Assembly: GCA_002269645.1 (NCBI GenBank) | Contig: NIVC01000798.1 | Coordinates: forward strand, 92,191-156,190 | Direction: 5' to 3' | DNA from: Macrostomum lignano | Taxonomy: Eukaryota | DNA length: 64,000 nt | Shown here: positions 1 through 12,331 of the stretch, in pieces | How the letters are laid out: each line of letters starts with the position of its first letter | How positions within the stretch are numbered: position 1 is the stretch's first letter | Translations under genes and position numbers: made by a program | Notes under the pieces: model-generated | Told to the model about the DNA's origin: nothing | Databases searched by the model: none | The model's input: only the letters and a program-made list of their open reading frames with translations

Positions 1-185
1 GCGCAGCACCTTGCCAAACGAGATGGCGAATGAGAAGTACCTGGGCAGCCTGGGCGTGACGCGGCGATTGTTCACCAGCCATTCGATCTCAGGTGCGGGG
101 CTGCCCTCGGCGCGGCAGATGAAGAGGGCCGCGGTGTTGTCCAGCACGGTGATTGTCTCCGGACCCTGGGTGATCCGCGCCTCCT
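1..185 (-). CDS. Internal coding exon: I-set immunoglobulin domain of a cell-surface receptor/adhesion protein (LAR-type RPTP Ig1 / Robo / peroxidasin-like); truncated by window edge
   Basis: Manual minus-strand translation after acceptor ...cacattgcag|AG gives (E)EARITQGPETITVLDNTAALFICRAEGSPAPEIEWLVNNRRVTPRLPRYFSFAISFGKVLR: B-strand Cys, GxPxPxIxW and VLR motifs of I-set domains. Phase-1 acceptor, typical of Ig-domain exon boundaries. Family assignment is from recall only. Confidence 0.9.
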
Positions 186-280
186 CTGCAATGTGCGTTA
201 ATCAGGTGACAGGGACATTGTGATTGTGACATTCTTAGCATTCAGTGAACGAAGTCCGGATATCCTCATCTGATACCTTA

Positions 281-1020
281 GGATCGAATCTCATCTATCT
301 AAGGATATATTCTCATCTACTTCAGTGATGTAACAGGATGTAATCTACTTCAGGATCGATTCTCATCTACTTCAGGATCGCTTCTCATCTACTTCAGGAT
401 CGCTTCTCATCTACTTCAGGATCGATTCTCATCTACTTCAGTGATGTAACAGGATGTAATCTACTTCAGGATCGATTCTCATCTACTTCAGGATCGCTTC
501 TCATCTACTTCAGGATCGCTTCTCATCTACTTCAGGATCGATTCTCATCTACTTCAGTGATGTAACAGGATGTAATCTACTTCAGGATCGATTCTCATCT
601 ACTTCAGGATCGATTCTCATCTACTTCAGGATCGGTTCTCATCTACTTCAGGATCGATTCTCATCTACTTCAGGATCGGTTCTCATCTACTTCAGGATCA
701 ATTCTCATCTACTTCAGGATCGATTCTCATCTACTTCAGGATCGATTCTCATCTACTTCAGGATCGATTCTCATCTACTTCAGGATCGCTTCTCATCTAC
801 TTCAGGATCGATTCTCATCTACTTCAGGATCGATTCTCATCTACTTCAGGATCGATTCTCATCTACTTCAGGATCGATTCTCATCTACTTCAGGATCGAT
901 TCTCATCTACTTCAGGATCGATTCTCATCTACTTCAGGATTGATTCTCATCTACTTCAGGATCAATTCTCATCTACTTCAGGATCGATTCTCATCTACTT
1001 CAGGATCGATTCTCATCTAT
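281..1020. repeat. 22-bp minisatellite (CAGGATCGATTCTCATCTACTT)n with 116-bp higher-order repeat at the left end
   Basis: Visible tandem unit; a 28-bp variant recurs at 323, 439 and 555. Confidence 0.95.
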
Positions 1021-2173
1021 TCCATGCTGTACCTGAGAATCCGACCGCATCGGGTAAAATCAATTTGCAAATTTTTCAGTACCTCAAAAGTACATAATCG
1101 GCAGCTTAAAAGTTCAAATAGGCAAAAGCTGAGGTGATCAAGGACATTACTGATCAGAAGTAGCCGGGCCCCGCCCAGACTTCTCACAAAAACTTTTCAC
1201 ATCAAATTTTCTCCATCTCCGCTCCTCCCCGACCGCCCACCCTCCGTCATTATCTTGCTACCTACTCTCCGTCGACCGCAGTCTCCCAGAGCGGGCCGTG
1301 GCTATTCAATAGGCTAGGCGGGAGGCTGGCAACCGCAAGGCCAAACAGAGCGCTGGGAGCTGGCCGCGAGCGGGCTCATATCAATAACGTTAGAAATCGA
1401 AAGGGGGGAGGCGCCGAGATAGGGGCGAGGGAAGGGGAGAGAGCAACTCACATCTAGCCCGGCAAGAAAACAAATCAACTCAAGGACACCCAGGAGCACT
1501 CTCCGATTTCACCATCTGCATTCGCACTTATCTACATCAGCTTTGCCAGTCTGCACAACCGCAGGCGGAAGCCCACCTGCTAGAGCGGATGGCAATCAAA
1601 ATTGGTCTCAACATTTTTAAAAAATTTTTTCTCCATCATCCAGCAGCGAAGCGCCGCTACCGCGGGCTCTCAAAATGATCCAAATAGCTTATACTTTTTG
1701 TAAAAATATGCATCTGTTTCCTGACTTTGCGCATTGGCAAAAAATTCTTTAGCATTCTGTAGAAAGTGAGGACGCGATGAGGCTGCAGACGGGAGGGAGA
1801 GAGTGTGCCGGCAGATCTGGATGATGAGGGGAGAGGGGGAGCCTGAGTGAAAGAATTTCTGGCGACGGCCCACCCGGTTTGAAAAGCGGCGCTACCGGGA
1901 GAAACTGGGGGGTAGGCGGGGGAAGAAGCTGCATAGAAGGCAGCGGGAGAAGAGAGGGACAGACGGGGAATGAAGGGGAGGGCGAGGCGCACCACTTCAA
2001 CTTCTCCTAGAGGCACTGGCTTTTCGGCTACTCAGCAGCAGCTTCCAGCCTCCCAAATCCCCCCGGCAAGCTCCCATCTCCCGGTGCAGAAAAGCGCAGA
2101 TGAAGAATAAGTAGCAGCCGGCAGCTTGCATTCAGCCAGTTGGTCTCTGGTTGCAATGCAATCGAGGGGGGTG

Positions 2174-2176
<3 letters not shown>

Positions 2177-2210
<34 letters not shown>
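2177..2210. repeat. (AC)n microsatellite
   Basis: Pure dinucleotide run. Confidence 0.95.
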
Positions 2211-2213
<3 letters not shown>

Positions 2214-2400
2214 GTAGCGGGCATGGAGCTGGCTGTTTGTGTGTATGAAGGATTGTAAAACCTTGCCAGCATCTTGCCTTGCCAGCATCTTGCCAGTGCG
2301 CCTCCTCCTCCGCCGTCGGGGTTAGTGGGCGGAGGTGTAGGATTTCAGCTGAGCACTGCCGGATTTCGCCGAGCGGGGCTGGCCGCCAAGATGAAAAGCG

Positions 2401-2403
<3 letters not shown>

Positions 2404-2470
<67 letters not shown>
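2404..2470. repeat. (GA)n microsatellite
   Basis: Pure dinucleotide run; an opposite-orientation (CT)n run lies at about 2671-2701. Confidence 0.95.
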
Positions 2471-2473
<3 letters not shown>

Positions 2474-2668
2474 AAGAAAGGCGAGCGGGAAGGAAGGGCG
2501 CCGAGGAAAGAGGATATTTGGGATCCAGCAGGTTCCCATCGGCTGGCACTTTCTTCTTTCACACCAGCTATTTTGTAATCTTATTCTCTGCATACTCGGG
2601 CGCAGTTTTGCATGGAAGTTTCCCTATTCTTTCTTTCTGTCAAGTTCAGTGCCGGGAATTAACCTCAT

Positions 2669-2706
<38 letters not shown>

Positions 2707-3318
2707 GGCTTGGGGATTTTCAAGTTCAGAGCAGTTTTTTTATCCCCCCAGGCGCATTGAGGCTCAAAGTGAGAGTAAGGCCGGGTGAAGGAATAAAAAC
2801 TAGTGGGATAAGTTTGCTCGAATTTGCCTGATTCCATCTGACAATCCTTCTTTTTCCTTCCTCCCTCCTCCATCGCTCCAGCAGCCTAGGAACAAATGAG
2901 CGATGAGGCGGGGCCCGTGGGATGCTGGAGAGGAAGCGAAGTTCCAGCGTGAGCCCAAGCAGGCGCCACGGGGTCCGCACTGGACCAAGGAAATCAAGTG
3001 GCCCCCTCTCACTCTCTCACTCTGTGCCTCTCGGCCTCTGTAAGACCGGCGGCTCAGTTTTACTTGAGCTTCAGCGCCGCCCGATCAGCGCGAAGAAGCT
3101 TCTCGTAACAGTTTCTCCTCCCTCTCTGTGTCTGTGCTCCGAAATCCAGTCGGCACGCAAGGCCGCTCAGACCTGCCTAATTAATTATGCATCTCCTGCG
3201 CCCCCACCTGGACGCGCGGCAACGAGCTGCTCCGCTGCCACCAGCCACAACAACACATTACAACTTTCCCTATTCACAGCCTAGGCCATAGCCTGCTCGA
3301 CGATCGGACTCAACTCAC

Positions 3319-3420
3319 TCTTATTGTAATCAATGAAATAGTATTCATCCCGCATCATCGCCGCGCTAAGCTGGACAAGCAGCTTTGCCGCCGGCACCGA
3401 AGTCGGTTGTTGGCTGTCCG
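3319..3420 (-). CDS. Candidate 102-nt phase 1-1 cassette exon upstream of the Ig exon
   Basis: Long polypyrimidine acceptor (ttttttgtttgtttgtattttccttcactcaag|CG), donor AGA|GTGAGT, length 34 codons, open in phase 1: xDSQQPTSVPAAKLLVQLSAAMMRDEYYFIDYNK. Confidence 0.45.
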
Positions 3421-5148
3421 CTTGAGTGAAGGAAAATACAAACAAACAAAAAAATGAAAAAAAATTCCAATTGGTAGGGCGGCAAAATCAGGCACTCGCG
3501 AGTCAGACAGTTTGGACAATAAAATATGACCCAGCATCCGAGAGCAGACTTCCGGCATTGGCTCTAGAGCTCTCCGTCGACCAAAACGCTGAATTATTAT
3601 TATTATTATTTTTGTTTAACCGCAGCTTCGGCTCAAATTTAAGCCAACCTACTCAACCCCGGTCAAGTGTGTGGCCGATTGGAAACAGGGGAAATTGCAA
3701 TGGAAAACATGTTTAAAAAGAGATTAGACCCGGTTGGCACAAGGCCAAGGCATCTATCGGGGGGGGGGAGTGAAGGTGAAGGAAAGGCGACACTTGTCGG
3801 CTTGTGTTGAGGCCTCTGCGAATCGGCCGCGGGACCCGCCCCTATCTGGCCGTATCATCTGAGCGGCGAGCGCACACACGAAGCTTTTGCTGCCCCCCCT
3901 TGTTGAAGAGAAGCAAAAAATGATTCATTCAAAGAGAAGCAATAGGAAAGCAATCGATGCTTGACACTGGACACTCGGCCACGGGCTGGGCTTGAGTTGC
4001 ATTGATGCAGAATTTGAGAAGGCCACGCAAAAGGAAACGGAGAGACAGAGAGGGAGAGACAGGAGAGCAGAGAGGAGTAGCCAGAAGGGGCAGGCAATCG
4101 CGAAGGAAAGTTTGCTAGTTGCAAGAGGTTTCTGCTTAGTACGGCAGCTACCGAGAAGCCTTGGCGGAGCCTGTGGGAGCAATTAATAAAAAAAAGATCC
4201 CGCGCACCAGTTGGGGGGTCAAGTCAGACAGCCCCAAAACTCCAATCCCATTCCGCGCAGCTTAATAGGCAAATTATGGAGGCCCAATTCAATCTGGGAG
4301 AGAGAGACCGGGGGCATCAAATAGGGAGGCTATGAGCATCTGAGCATCGAAAAGCTACAATAAAAATTAGGCGAAAGCGATTAAAGCCGCCGGGGTTGAG
4401 TATGCAAATTGTGTATTCCCCACAATGTGGCCTAGTCTATCGTTTTCCCACTCCCCAGATAGAACACTGCGAGGAAAATAGGGGAAGGGGGGTTGGTAGT
4501 TATCTCCCTAGGGAAGAAAGCTGGCCACTTTATGAATTATTGCGGAACCAGGCGCTGGATGAAGCAGAATATTATTTCTCTGACTTCAAGAACTCCGGTT
4601 CGACTTGCGGCAGTTGGCAATTCAATCTACCAGATTAAGCTTCTGACAGGCGGTCAGAAGAAAGTAATTCCCCCAGAAATAAGAAGATGGAATAGCGATG
4701 GGGTTTGGGCTGCTCATGCCATCGCCGACCGCTGTTTAGAGTCGGCTGGGTCTCTCTCGCCCGGTGAAGAAAACTATAGCAAAATCAGCATGTAAGATTG
4801 GCGCAAGTCTTGCATCATCACAGCTAGCTGCGGGCCAAATTCAATCGGGGAGTTGCTTTAATGGAAACAGCAGCAGCAGCCAAAGCAGCAGCAGCTCAAG
4901 GAAGCAGCTCAGGTTACGCTCCAAACTCGGCCTTGTCAAACCGAGACGCGAGAAAATCTGTTCGATTTCAGCGCTGCCTCCCCCCCTCTCCCGAGCTGTG
5001 TGTGACTCATCGCTCCAGTCTCTAAGGGTCTCTAAGCATCTTCATCCATCGGTATCGGGGGATAAGGTGCCCAATTTGACTCCATAGAGCAATATTAACG
5101 CTATTGGAGTGGAATTAAATAGTAATAATAATAGTATGCGGAGGTGAC

Positions 5149-5351
5149 ACCTTGGCGCAACGCCTTCGGTCCCACTACCTGCGCTGAGGCAATTCTGCAC
5201 ATTCCGCTAACTCAAGCGCCCCAATTATGTATGCAGGCACAGCACTCATGCACACGCTCACACAGTGTGTACATCAGCCCTGACTTTCTAATCATCACAC
5301 ATGTACACCCTCTGTGCCTTGGGGGTTGGCCCTCGAAGCTGTGAATCGTGA
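5149..5351 (-). mobile_element. Dispersed repeat, family 2 (headless copy)
   Basis: Shares GCTCACACAG.GTGTACA...CTGACTTTCTAATC...TGTACAC.CTCTGTGCCTTG.GG.TTGGCCCT with the other copies; CCTTGGCGCAACGCC end shared with 24796. Confidence 0.65.
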
Positions 5352-6100
5352 GTAGATTTACGAGTAGCATTGGTTATAAAACTAAGCTAAAAAACTGATC
5401 AGACACACTGCACTATATGGGAGAACAAGTGGTTTATGCAAGGCTCCAATTTTTGGGACAACCGGAGACTCCAATACAAGCAATACGGGCGTATGATCTG
5501 TCAGTAAGTCAACTACCCACTCTGTCCCAGCTTCCTAGCTTTGGAAGCAGCTGGGCATAATATTGCTAGCACTCTAAATGGTAGCGCTGCGGCAATAAGC
5601 TTCCCTCTCCCCCCAGATCTCTACTTTGCCTCATCAAAACCGGCCGACTTCTAATATACGCGCACATTCACTCTGCTCTACTCCGTCTATCCTTTCAGTT
5701 GAAATCCTGTAGAAAGGAGAGAAAGTCGGCGTCTTGATAGAGAGGGAGAGTGGGACGGGGGGTTAAGGGGAATCGGCGGGGGGCCTTGCAGGGGCAGTTC
5801 AGAGGCGAATAAAGCTGAGAGCAAGAGCAGATGAAAATGAGCAGTAGCAGCAGCAGCAATTTTCAATAAAGAGAAAAATAATGCGCGAGCATGTGAGCAG
5901 CCGACCAAAAGGCGAAGCGATTGGGAGGCCTGGGAGAGTCAAGCTGATAAAGAAGCTGCTCAGGCATCCCCCGTGTCATTAGAGCTGACCCGGCAGGTGA
6001 AAAGGGGAGAGCGGGGAGTAACTTCCCATCTAGCATTCTTGCCTCGCTTTTGTACCTCTACCTATCTTCCTTCGGTCTAATTGACTGTGACTTTTCACCT

Positions 6101-7481
6101 GTCTATCCCAGAGTCCCTGTCTCTATCCCAGAGTCCCTGTCTCTATCCCAGAGTCTCTGTCTGTATCCCAGAATCCCTGTCTCTATCTCGGTGTTCCCGT
6201 CTCTGTCTCGGTTTTCCTGTCTACACCGCCATGTTCCTGTCTCTATCTCGGTGTTCCTTTCTCTATCTCGGTGTTCCTGTCTCTATCTCGGTGTTCCTGT
6301 CTCTATCTCGGTGTTCCCGTCTCTATCTCGGTGTTCCCGTCTCTGTCTCGGTTTTCCTGTCTACACCGCCATGTTCCTGTCTCTATATCGGTGTTCCTGT
6401 CTCTATCTCGGTGTTCCTGTCTCTATCTCGGTGTTCCTGTCTCTATCTCGGTGTTCCTGTCTCTATCTCGGTGTTCCTTTCTCTATCTCGGTGTTCCTGT
6501 CTCTATCTCGGTGTTCCTGTCTCTATCTCGGTGTTCCTGTCTCTATCTCGGTGTTCCTGTCTCTATCTCGGTGTTCCTGTCTCTATCTCGGTGTTCCTGT
6601 CTATCTCGGTGTTCCTGTCTCTATCTCGGTGTTCCTGTCTCTATCTCGCTGTTCCTGTCTCTATATCGGTGTTCCTGTCTCTGTCTCCGTTTTCCTGTCT
6701 ACACCGCGATGTTCCTGTCTCTATCTCGGTGTTCCCGTCTCTGTCTCGGTTTTCCTGTCTACACCGCCATGTTCCTGTCTCTATCTCGGTGTTCCCGTCT
6801 CTGTCTCGGTTTTCCTGTCTACACCGCCATGTTCCTGTCTCTATCTCGGTGTTCCCGTCTCTGTCTCGGTTTTCCTGTCTACACCGCCATGTTCCTGTCT
6901 CTATCTCGGTGTTCCCGTCTCTGTCTCGGTTTTCCTGTCTACACCGCCATGTTCCTGTCTCGATCTCGGTGTTCCCGTCTCTGTCTCGGTTTTCCTGTCT
7001 ACACCGCCATGTTCCTGTCTCTATCTCGGTGTTCCTGTCTCTATCTCGGTGTTCCTGTCTCTATCTCGGTGTTCCTGTCTCTATCTCGGTGTTCCTGTCT
7101 CTATCTCGGTGTTCCTGTCTCTATCTCGGTGTTCCTGTCTCTATCTCGGTGTTCCTGTCTCTATCTCGGTGTTCCTGTCTCTATCTCGCTGTTCCTGTCT
7201 CCATCTCCGTGGTCTTGTCTCTATCTCGGTGTTCCTGTCTCTATCTCGGTGTTCCTGTCTCTATCTCGGTGTTCCTGTCTCCATCTCCGTGGTCTTGTCT
7301 CTATCTCGGTGTTCCTGTCTCCATCTCCGTGGTCTTGTCTCTATCTCGGTGTTCCTGTCTCTATCTCGGTGTTCCTGTCTCTATCTCGGTGTTCCTGTCT
7401 CCATCTCCGTGGTCTTGTCTCTATCTCGGTGGTCCTGTCTCCATCTCCGTGGTCTTGTCTCTGTCTCGGTGGTCCTGTCTA
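6101..7481. repeat. 20-bp minisatellite (GTCTCTATCTCGGTGTTCCT)n with 60-bp trimer blocks
   Basis: Visible tandem unit; explains track ORFs 6050-7824 in all three plus frames. Confidence 0.95.
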
Positions 7482-9068
7482 TCCTGCCGTTCTCTTGAGT
7501 TCCCGAGTTCCCGTCGTTTCTATTTACCAACCTGCTTATCTAACCTCCTTTGGATTTACCTGTCGCCAAGTGGCTCCTATTCCAGTCTCACCATCTCTGC
7601 TGTTTTGTCTGCTTCCCTCCCTGGCTTCTCATAGGGCGGAGAGCAGGCCAAACCTGCCAATTCTGCTTGCTTTCAAGGCTATAATTTCCCCCCAAACACT
7701 ATCCGACCTCGACCCTGCAGCGGCAATGTATCCAGTGAGCGTAGGTCTCTCTCAAACAAGCCGAATTACCCAGCCACATCGGAAGGCAAGCCCTCACCCG
7801 GCCCAGATGACACGTTGGCAGTGATTGATGGGGCTAAGGCAGCTCCCAATTCAGCTTTGTCGATCCGCCTTCCAAAGCCAGAGAGAAGAAAGTCGGCTAT
7901 GTGATGGACAGCATGGGGAACAGCTAACAGAGTAAGTTTAGGCTGGAAAATTGAATTTTGTTCAATCTGTCCCCCATCACTCGTCGGCAGACTACTGAAA
8001 GTCATTCAATGCTGTTGGGAGCACGTCTCCCAAGCAAACCCGTCTCCTAATCCCCTTTTTTCCACTGTCAACTACGGAAACAATTTAACAATCTGGTCAA
8101 AAAGTAACGAAGGAGAGAGAGAGAGAGGGGGGGAGGGAGAAAAAACTGTTCGCAGTTGAAGTGTCGCTCTGGGAGAGCAAAGCCTGCTTGCTTCATCGTA
8201 TGAAAACATCTACACAGAGGGCCCGCCAGCTACACTTGTTGTGCTGCCTACCCGCCCCCCCCCCCTCCGAATTGGTCCGTCAGTCGGGCTCCGAGGGTAG
8301 GTACACTTGGAGCAGATGGTCGAGAGAGAGAGAGAGAGGGGGGGGACACATTTTTTGCCGCCACCACCCAGACCCCCATCAGTTTAAGAGAAACTTCTTC
8401 AATGCGGTGGACCCCCGGAGCTCAAATCAGAGGATAAAAACACCGGGTGAAGGCAGAGACATGAGGATGGGAAAATGAAGGTTTTTGTCCCGTCCACCCC
8501 GCCGCCTCCTCTTCTGCTCTCTCCCCCCCCCCGTGGGAATTATTTAGCGGCGTTATTGGCCAAGTTTTTAACCAGCTCCCGGCGCCTTATGTTGTTGAGC
8601 AGTCAGCGCGAAACCAAGGGAAGAGGACAGGGAAGTGGCCGTTAGTCATAGGCGGATGGGGCGGACAAGGAAATTGGCAGGGATGAGGGAGGGAGGGGGG
8701 AAATCACAGGGTGTGGTGTTTTTCTACTGAAATTCCAAGACACGGTGGCGCAAGTTGACTGCAATAACAGACTTGGAACCGCTACTATAGGTGTGTGCAG
8801 ATTATTTGCAGATTGTAGCATTACAGCAGCATAATAAAAGTGCCGAAAGCTGGGGACCAACGGCTGAGGTGGGGGGGGGGATTAATTGAGAAACTGGCTA
8901 CAGGGAAGGGAAGTGCCAGGGGGAGAAGGGCGAGCGAGGCCGGGTCAAATAGGTTAGCAACGCTTTTGGACCTCTAGCTCGGTTGGCCTGTATAAGTGTA
9001 GAGTAGAGAGCCGGAAAATTCAATTACCAAAGGCGCTAGCTATCTGCAGCCAGAGCCCAAGTCCTCAC

Positions 9069-9119
9069 CTCGCAGCAACCCACCCCCCTCTGCCGCCGAA
9101 TCCGTGGAACTCCCTACTG
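9069..9119 (-). CDS. Candidate 51-nt phase 1-1 cassette exon with triple NAG acceptor
   Basis: Acceptor tatttttcgcacag|CAG TAG, donor GAG|GTGAGG, open in phase 1: xVGSSTDSAAEGGGLLR. Confidence 0.3.
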
Positions 9120-9916
9120 CTGTGCGAAAAATACTCCTGACATAACAAGGGCATTCTGCGCAGTGTCTCAGCGTACACAGAAATTAACCTCAACGCTGAC
9201 GCTCTCAAAACTTGAGCTTTCAACCTCGTACCGAAAAGAGGGGGAATCTCGGCTGAGGACTCAGAAAAAATCTCTAGAATCCAAAGCCCCGAGAGCTTGT
9301 GGGGCGGCACAAGAGGGCACTTGTGTGCCCAATACAATAAGCTGCGCACTCGCCGAGCTCTGCCTGCCGCCCTGCCGCCACTTCGCTTCCACTTCCGCCT
9401 TTCACTCGTCGAGTGACGATAGCAATTTTTTCAAAGGTTTTACCCCGGGAGCCAGGCTCTCTTCACATCGCGGTGGCAGCATGTTAGTAGCAAGAATGAA
9501 GAGAGAGAGAGAGAGTGAGAGAGAGAAAGGCAAGTCCCGAAGTCCTTAACCCCCGACGCAGCCCCCAACCCTACTCGAACTTTCGAACTAATCATCCACG
9601 GCGCGGGTTGGGAGTGGGGAATATTTCAACTCAAATCCCGGCCATAAAAAATTGCCGCTGACGACCGGAGAGAACAAACAAACAAACAAATGGACGGAGC
9701 AGTAGAAGTTCCTTTTTCCTGTGCAGCGAACTGATTGAATTTAGTCCTCTGCTCGTCTCCTATCCCCACTGTGAACTCTTGCTTGTAGCAATAGAAAATA
9801 TCTAATAGGAGAAAGGCGACAATCGCTAGTGGACTCGCCCAGAATTCAATCCCATCCCGCCAATGGCGCGGCCCGCCAGCCCCAATCAATCAACAGCTAA
9901 GAGCGGCTTCTCTTAC

Positions 9917-10064
9917 GCAGCTTGTCAATCAGCTTAGACGTGGATGATATGATCTCGTCCATGTTGTCGAGAGCGCCTGCGGAGGCCTGGCGGCCGAACT
10001 GCAACAACAGCAGCAGCAGCAACGTCGGCAGCAGGAGCTGCAATAAAGGCCGCGGAAGCAACAT
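9917..10064 (-). CDS. Alternative first coding exon B: signal peptide plus 20-aa N-terminal extension
   Basis: ATG at 10064; MLLPRPLLQLLLPTLLLLLLLQFGRQASA-GALDNMDEIISSTSKLIDKL, 49 codons + 1 nt, then donor C|GTAAGA (phase 1). In-frame TAG upstream of the ATG; A-S-A cleavage motif. Too short for the supplied ORF track. Confidence 0.7.
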
Positions 10065-12331
10065 CGGCCCGCTGCTTCCAGTGTTTTTGTTATAACTTAA
10101 ACAATTCCTGGGCTAGAATCTGTCGGCAAACTTCGCAGGAGAACGCATGGCGACTTTTTGGATTAGAAAAGAGATGGGAGAAGCTTAACCGGCGAGTAAA
10201 CAGCAGTTCGAATCCACCCGAGTTCTCAATATCGAACAGATTCAAGTTGCCATAGTAACCGAGCATTCAACTCGTGTTTCCATGCTCGAACAGTGCAGTA
10301 TAGGACTGCCGAAATTTCGATTTTGGCAACGAAAAACCTCCTGACCGTTTATGCTTGCTTTGTATAGACTGACTTGATGCAGATTTAAAGCTTAGCGCAC
10401 ACGGCGAAGTAATCCACACACACACCCCTGTTAGGTAGTGGGTCAAATAATCTCTCCCGAGGGCTGGGGGTTGCTGGCGGCGAGAGACCGACGAGGTAAG
10501 GCTACGGACTGAGTCTGGGGTTGGCTATCAGGGGAACGAGAGGTAGGTCTCGGGACTCAAACAAAACCTAGCAGAATGCAGGGCAGGAGCCTCGCCCAGT
10601 CTAGCAGAGCCAATGGTTGGCCGTTGCCTCCTGGCCTATCCCAGGCCTAGCACACAGAATCCTTATTCTCCATCCACCCTAGCCAAGCCAGATCTCCGTT
10701 TGAGTCCTCTACGCAGCCTTAATCCGCACAATAGAAGTTGGCAGGTACCTGCGCCTATTCATACACGGGGGCATGATGCACACATAAGAGAGAGAGATGT
10801 CGGCAGCAGCATCTCGTAAGGGTGGCGCTAGGCTGGCTATGAAGCTAAACACAAGCACAAGTGCCAAAGAGGAAGCTGCAGCTGCCGCGTGTTAAAAATT
10901 GGAAAACCCCTCCCTCTAAAAAAGTCTTTCTCTCTCTCTGGCGTGAAGGAAGGCGACTGGCGATAAGGGAGGGGAAACGGACAAGGGTGCGGGAGACGAA
11001 AAGAAAAAGCAAAGAGGGTGGGACAGGTAGGCAGAAATATGAAGGACAAAAGCGCTGCCAAGAAGCAGCAACCAACCAACCCAGGCCCGTCAGCAACCTG
11101 GAGCTGGTGCCATGGACCAAATTGTTCTTTCCAACTACCCCATCATTTCTCACCTGGACTGCCAACACCCACTATCACTCGCCTTGTCTTGGGTTTAGCA
11201 GTCTCTAGTTTAACTGTATGGCTCCTATACTGCTCTGCTTCTCATTTCTCCTCGGCTAAGCCTATCGCTTTGTCCGCAGTAAGTATAGCGGGATTTCAAT
11301 GCGACAATTCCCCCTTCACCCACCCCCTTCATCATCATGATTCCCAGCCTCACTCCCTTCCCCTCCTCTAAGCTCTATTACTCCCAGTAGTCTACTGGCA
11401 GTATCAATACAGCGATGAGCCAATTGTACACAATCCATCGCAGTTTTGTATCTATAGCTTAGGTAACTGGGCGGCCCCGGACTACCGGGGGGATCAGCAG
11501 AGACAGAGAACAGGGGGGGATGAGGTCTGAGGTGAGGCTGGCGGGGGGCCACTGGCCACGCGTATCGGTCAACTTATTTAGTGGGGAAATTAATTTCCTC
11601 TACTTCGTTCCAGCAAAGCTCTGCTCAGCATTAGGCCTGGGAAGAGTGGGAAGGAGGCAGAGAGCAGACACCGGCCAGTGCTCACAGATAGTCAGAAATG
11701 GAGAGCAAACTGCATGCATCTATAGTATAGACAGGGCACTCGTTCGCCAGACACGGGGTGAAGATAAACACACTGGTCAATATATACTGGAAAAACTCGG
11801 CGACTCCCAGCGACCCCCCAACCGAAAAAAATTGAGTCAATTCCCAACCGATGGCAACTCTCGCCACCTATGGCCCATATTAGAGCAGATGCTGCGTGAC
11901 CAAATGGTTTTTTTCCTCTTCCTTTTAAGCTACTCCCCACCACCTTGATTGACTCAGTTAGCAAAGACCTGCTTCATTCATCAGTAGCAGCTTATTTATA
12001 CACGATTTCAAGAGAAGACGGAAAACACAATCAGCGGGCAATTTCGATATCGAAAGTAGAAAAAAAAGTGAAAACATGGCTTTTAAAAAATTTGCCTCAC
12101 AAAGCAGAAATGCCGACAATGCTTTTATAAATCAACGATCTTATCGCAATGAGCTGCATGGAAACGGAGATGTTTGCCTTGGATACACACAGTACCCAGG
12201 AGCCCCAAGCTAATACCACATCGGCAACTAAAAAGACTTGTGCAGTTGGCTTCGAGTTTGCTACTTAAAAAATCTGTTCAAATGCGTATAAGCTACTGAA
12301 CTAGCTTATCAGTACACTACTAGCTTGGCGC

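Noticed and set aside
1-185. Assigning a gene symbol (LAR/PTPRF, robo, pxn)
   Set aside because: One partial Ig domain resembles all three. No LRR exons were seen upstream, which argues against peroxidasin, but a homology search is needed.
1314-1499. LLGVLELICFLAGLD followed by GTGAGT
   Set aside because: No ATG (GTG start just after a stop) and the donor is phase 0.
4396-4638. Natural-looking plus-strand peptide WPLYELLRNQALDEAEYYFSDF
   Set aside because: No recognisable family and no credible donor.
4840-5010. Minus-strand hydrophobic stretch FLELLLLWLLLLFP as another leader
   Set aside because: No in-frame ATG and a stop follows without any GT donor.
6050-7824. Three ~500-aa plus-strand ORFs
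   Set aside because: Translation of a stop-free 20-bp tandem repeat; all three frames open with the same periodic peptide.
11018-11371. Plus-strand ORF with TM-like segment and GCA|GTAAGT donor
   Set aside because: No partner exons or recognisable domain; indistinguishable from chance without expression data.
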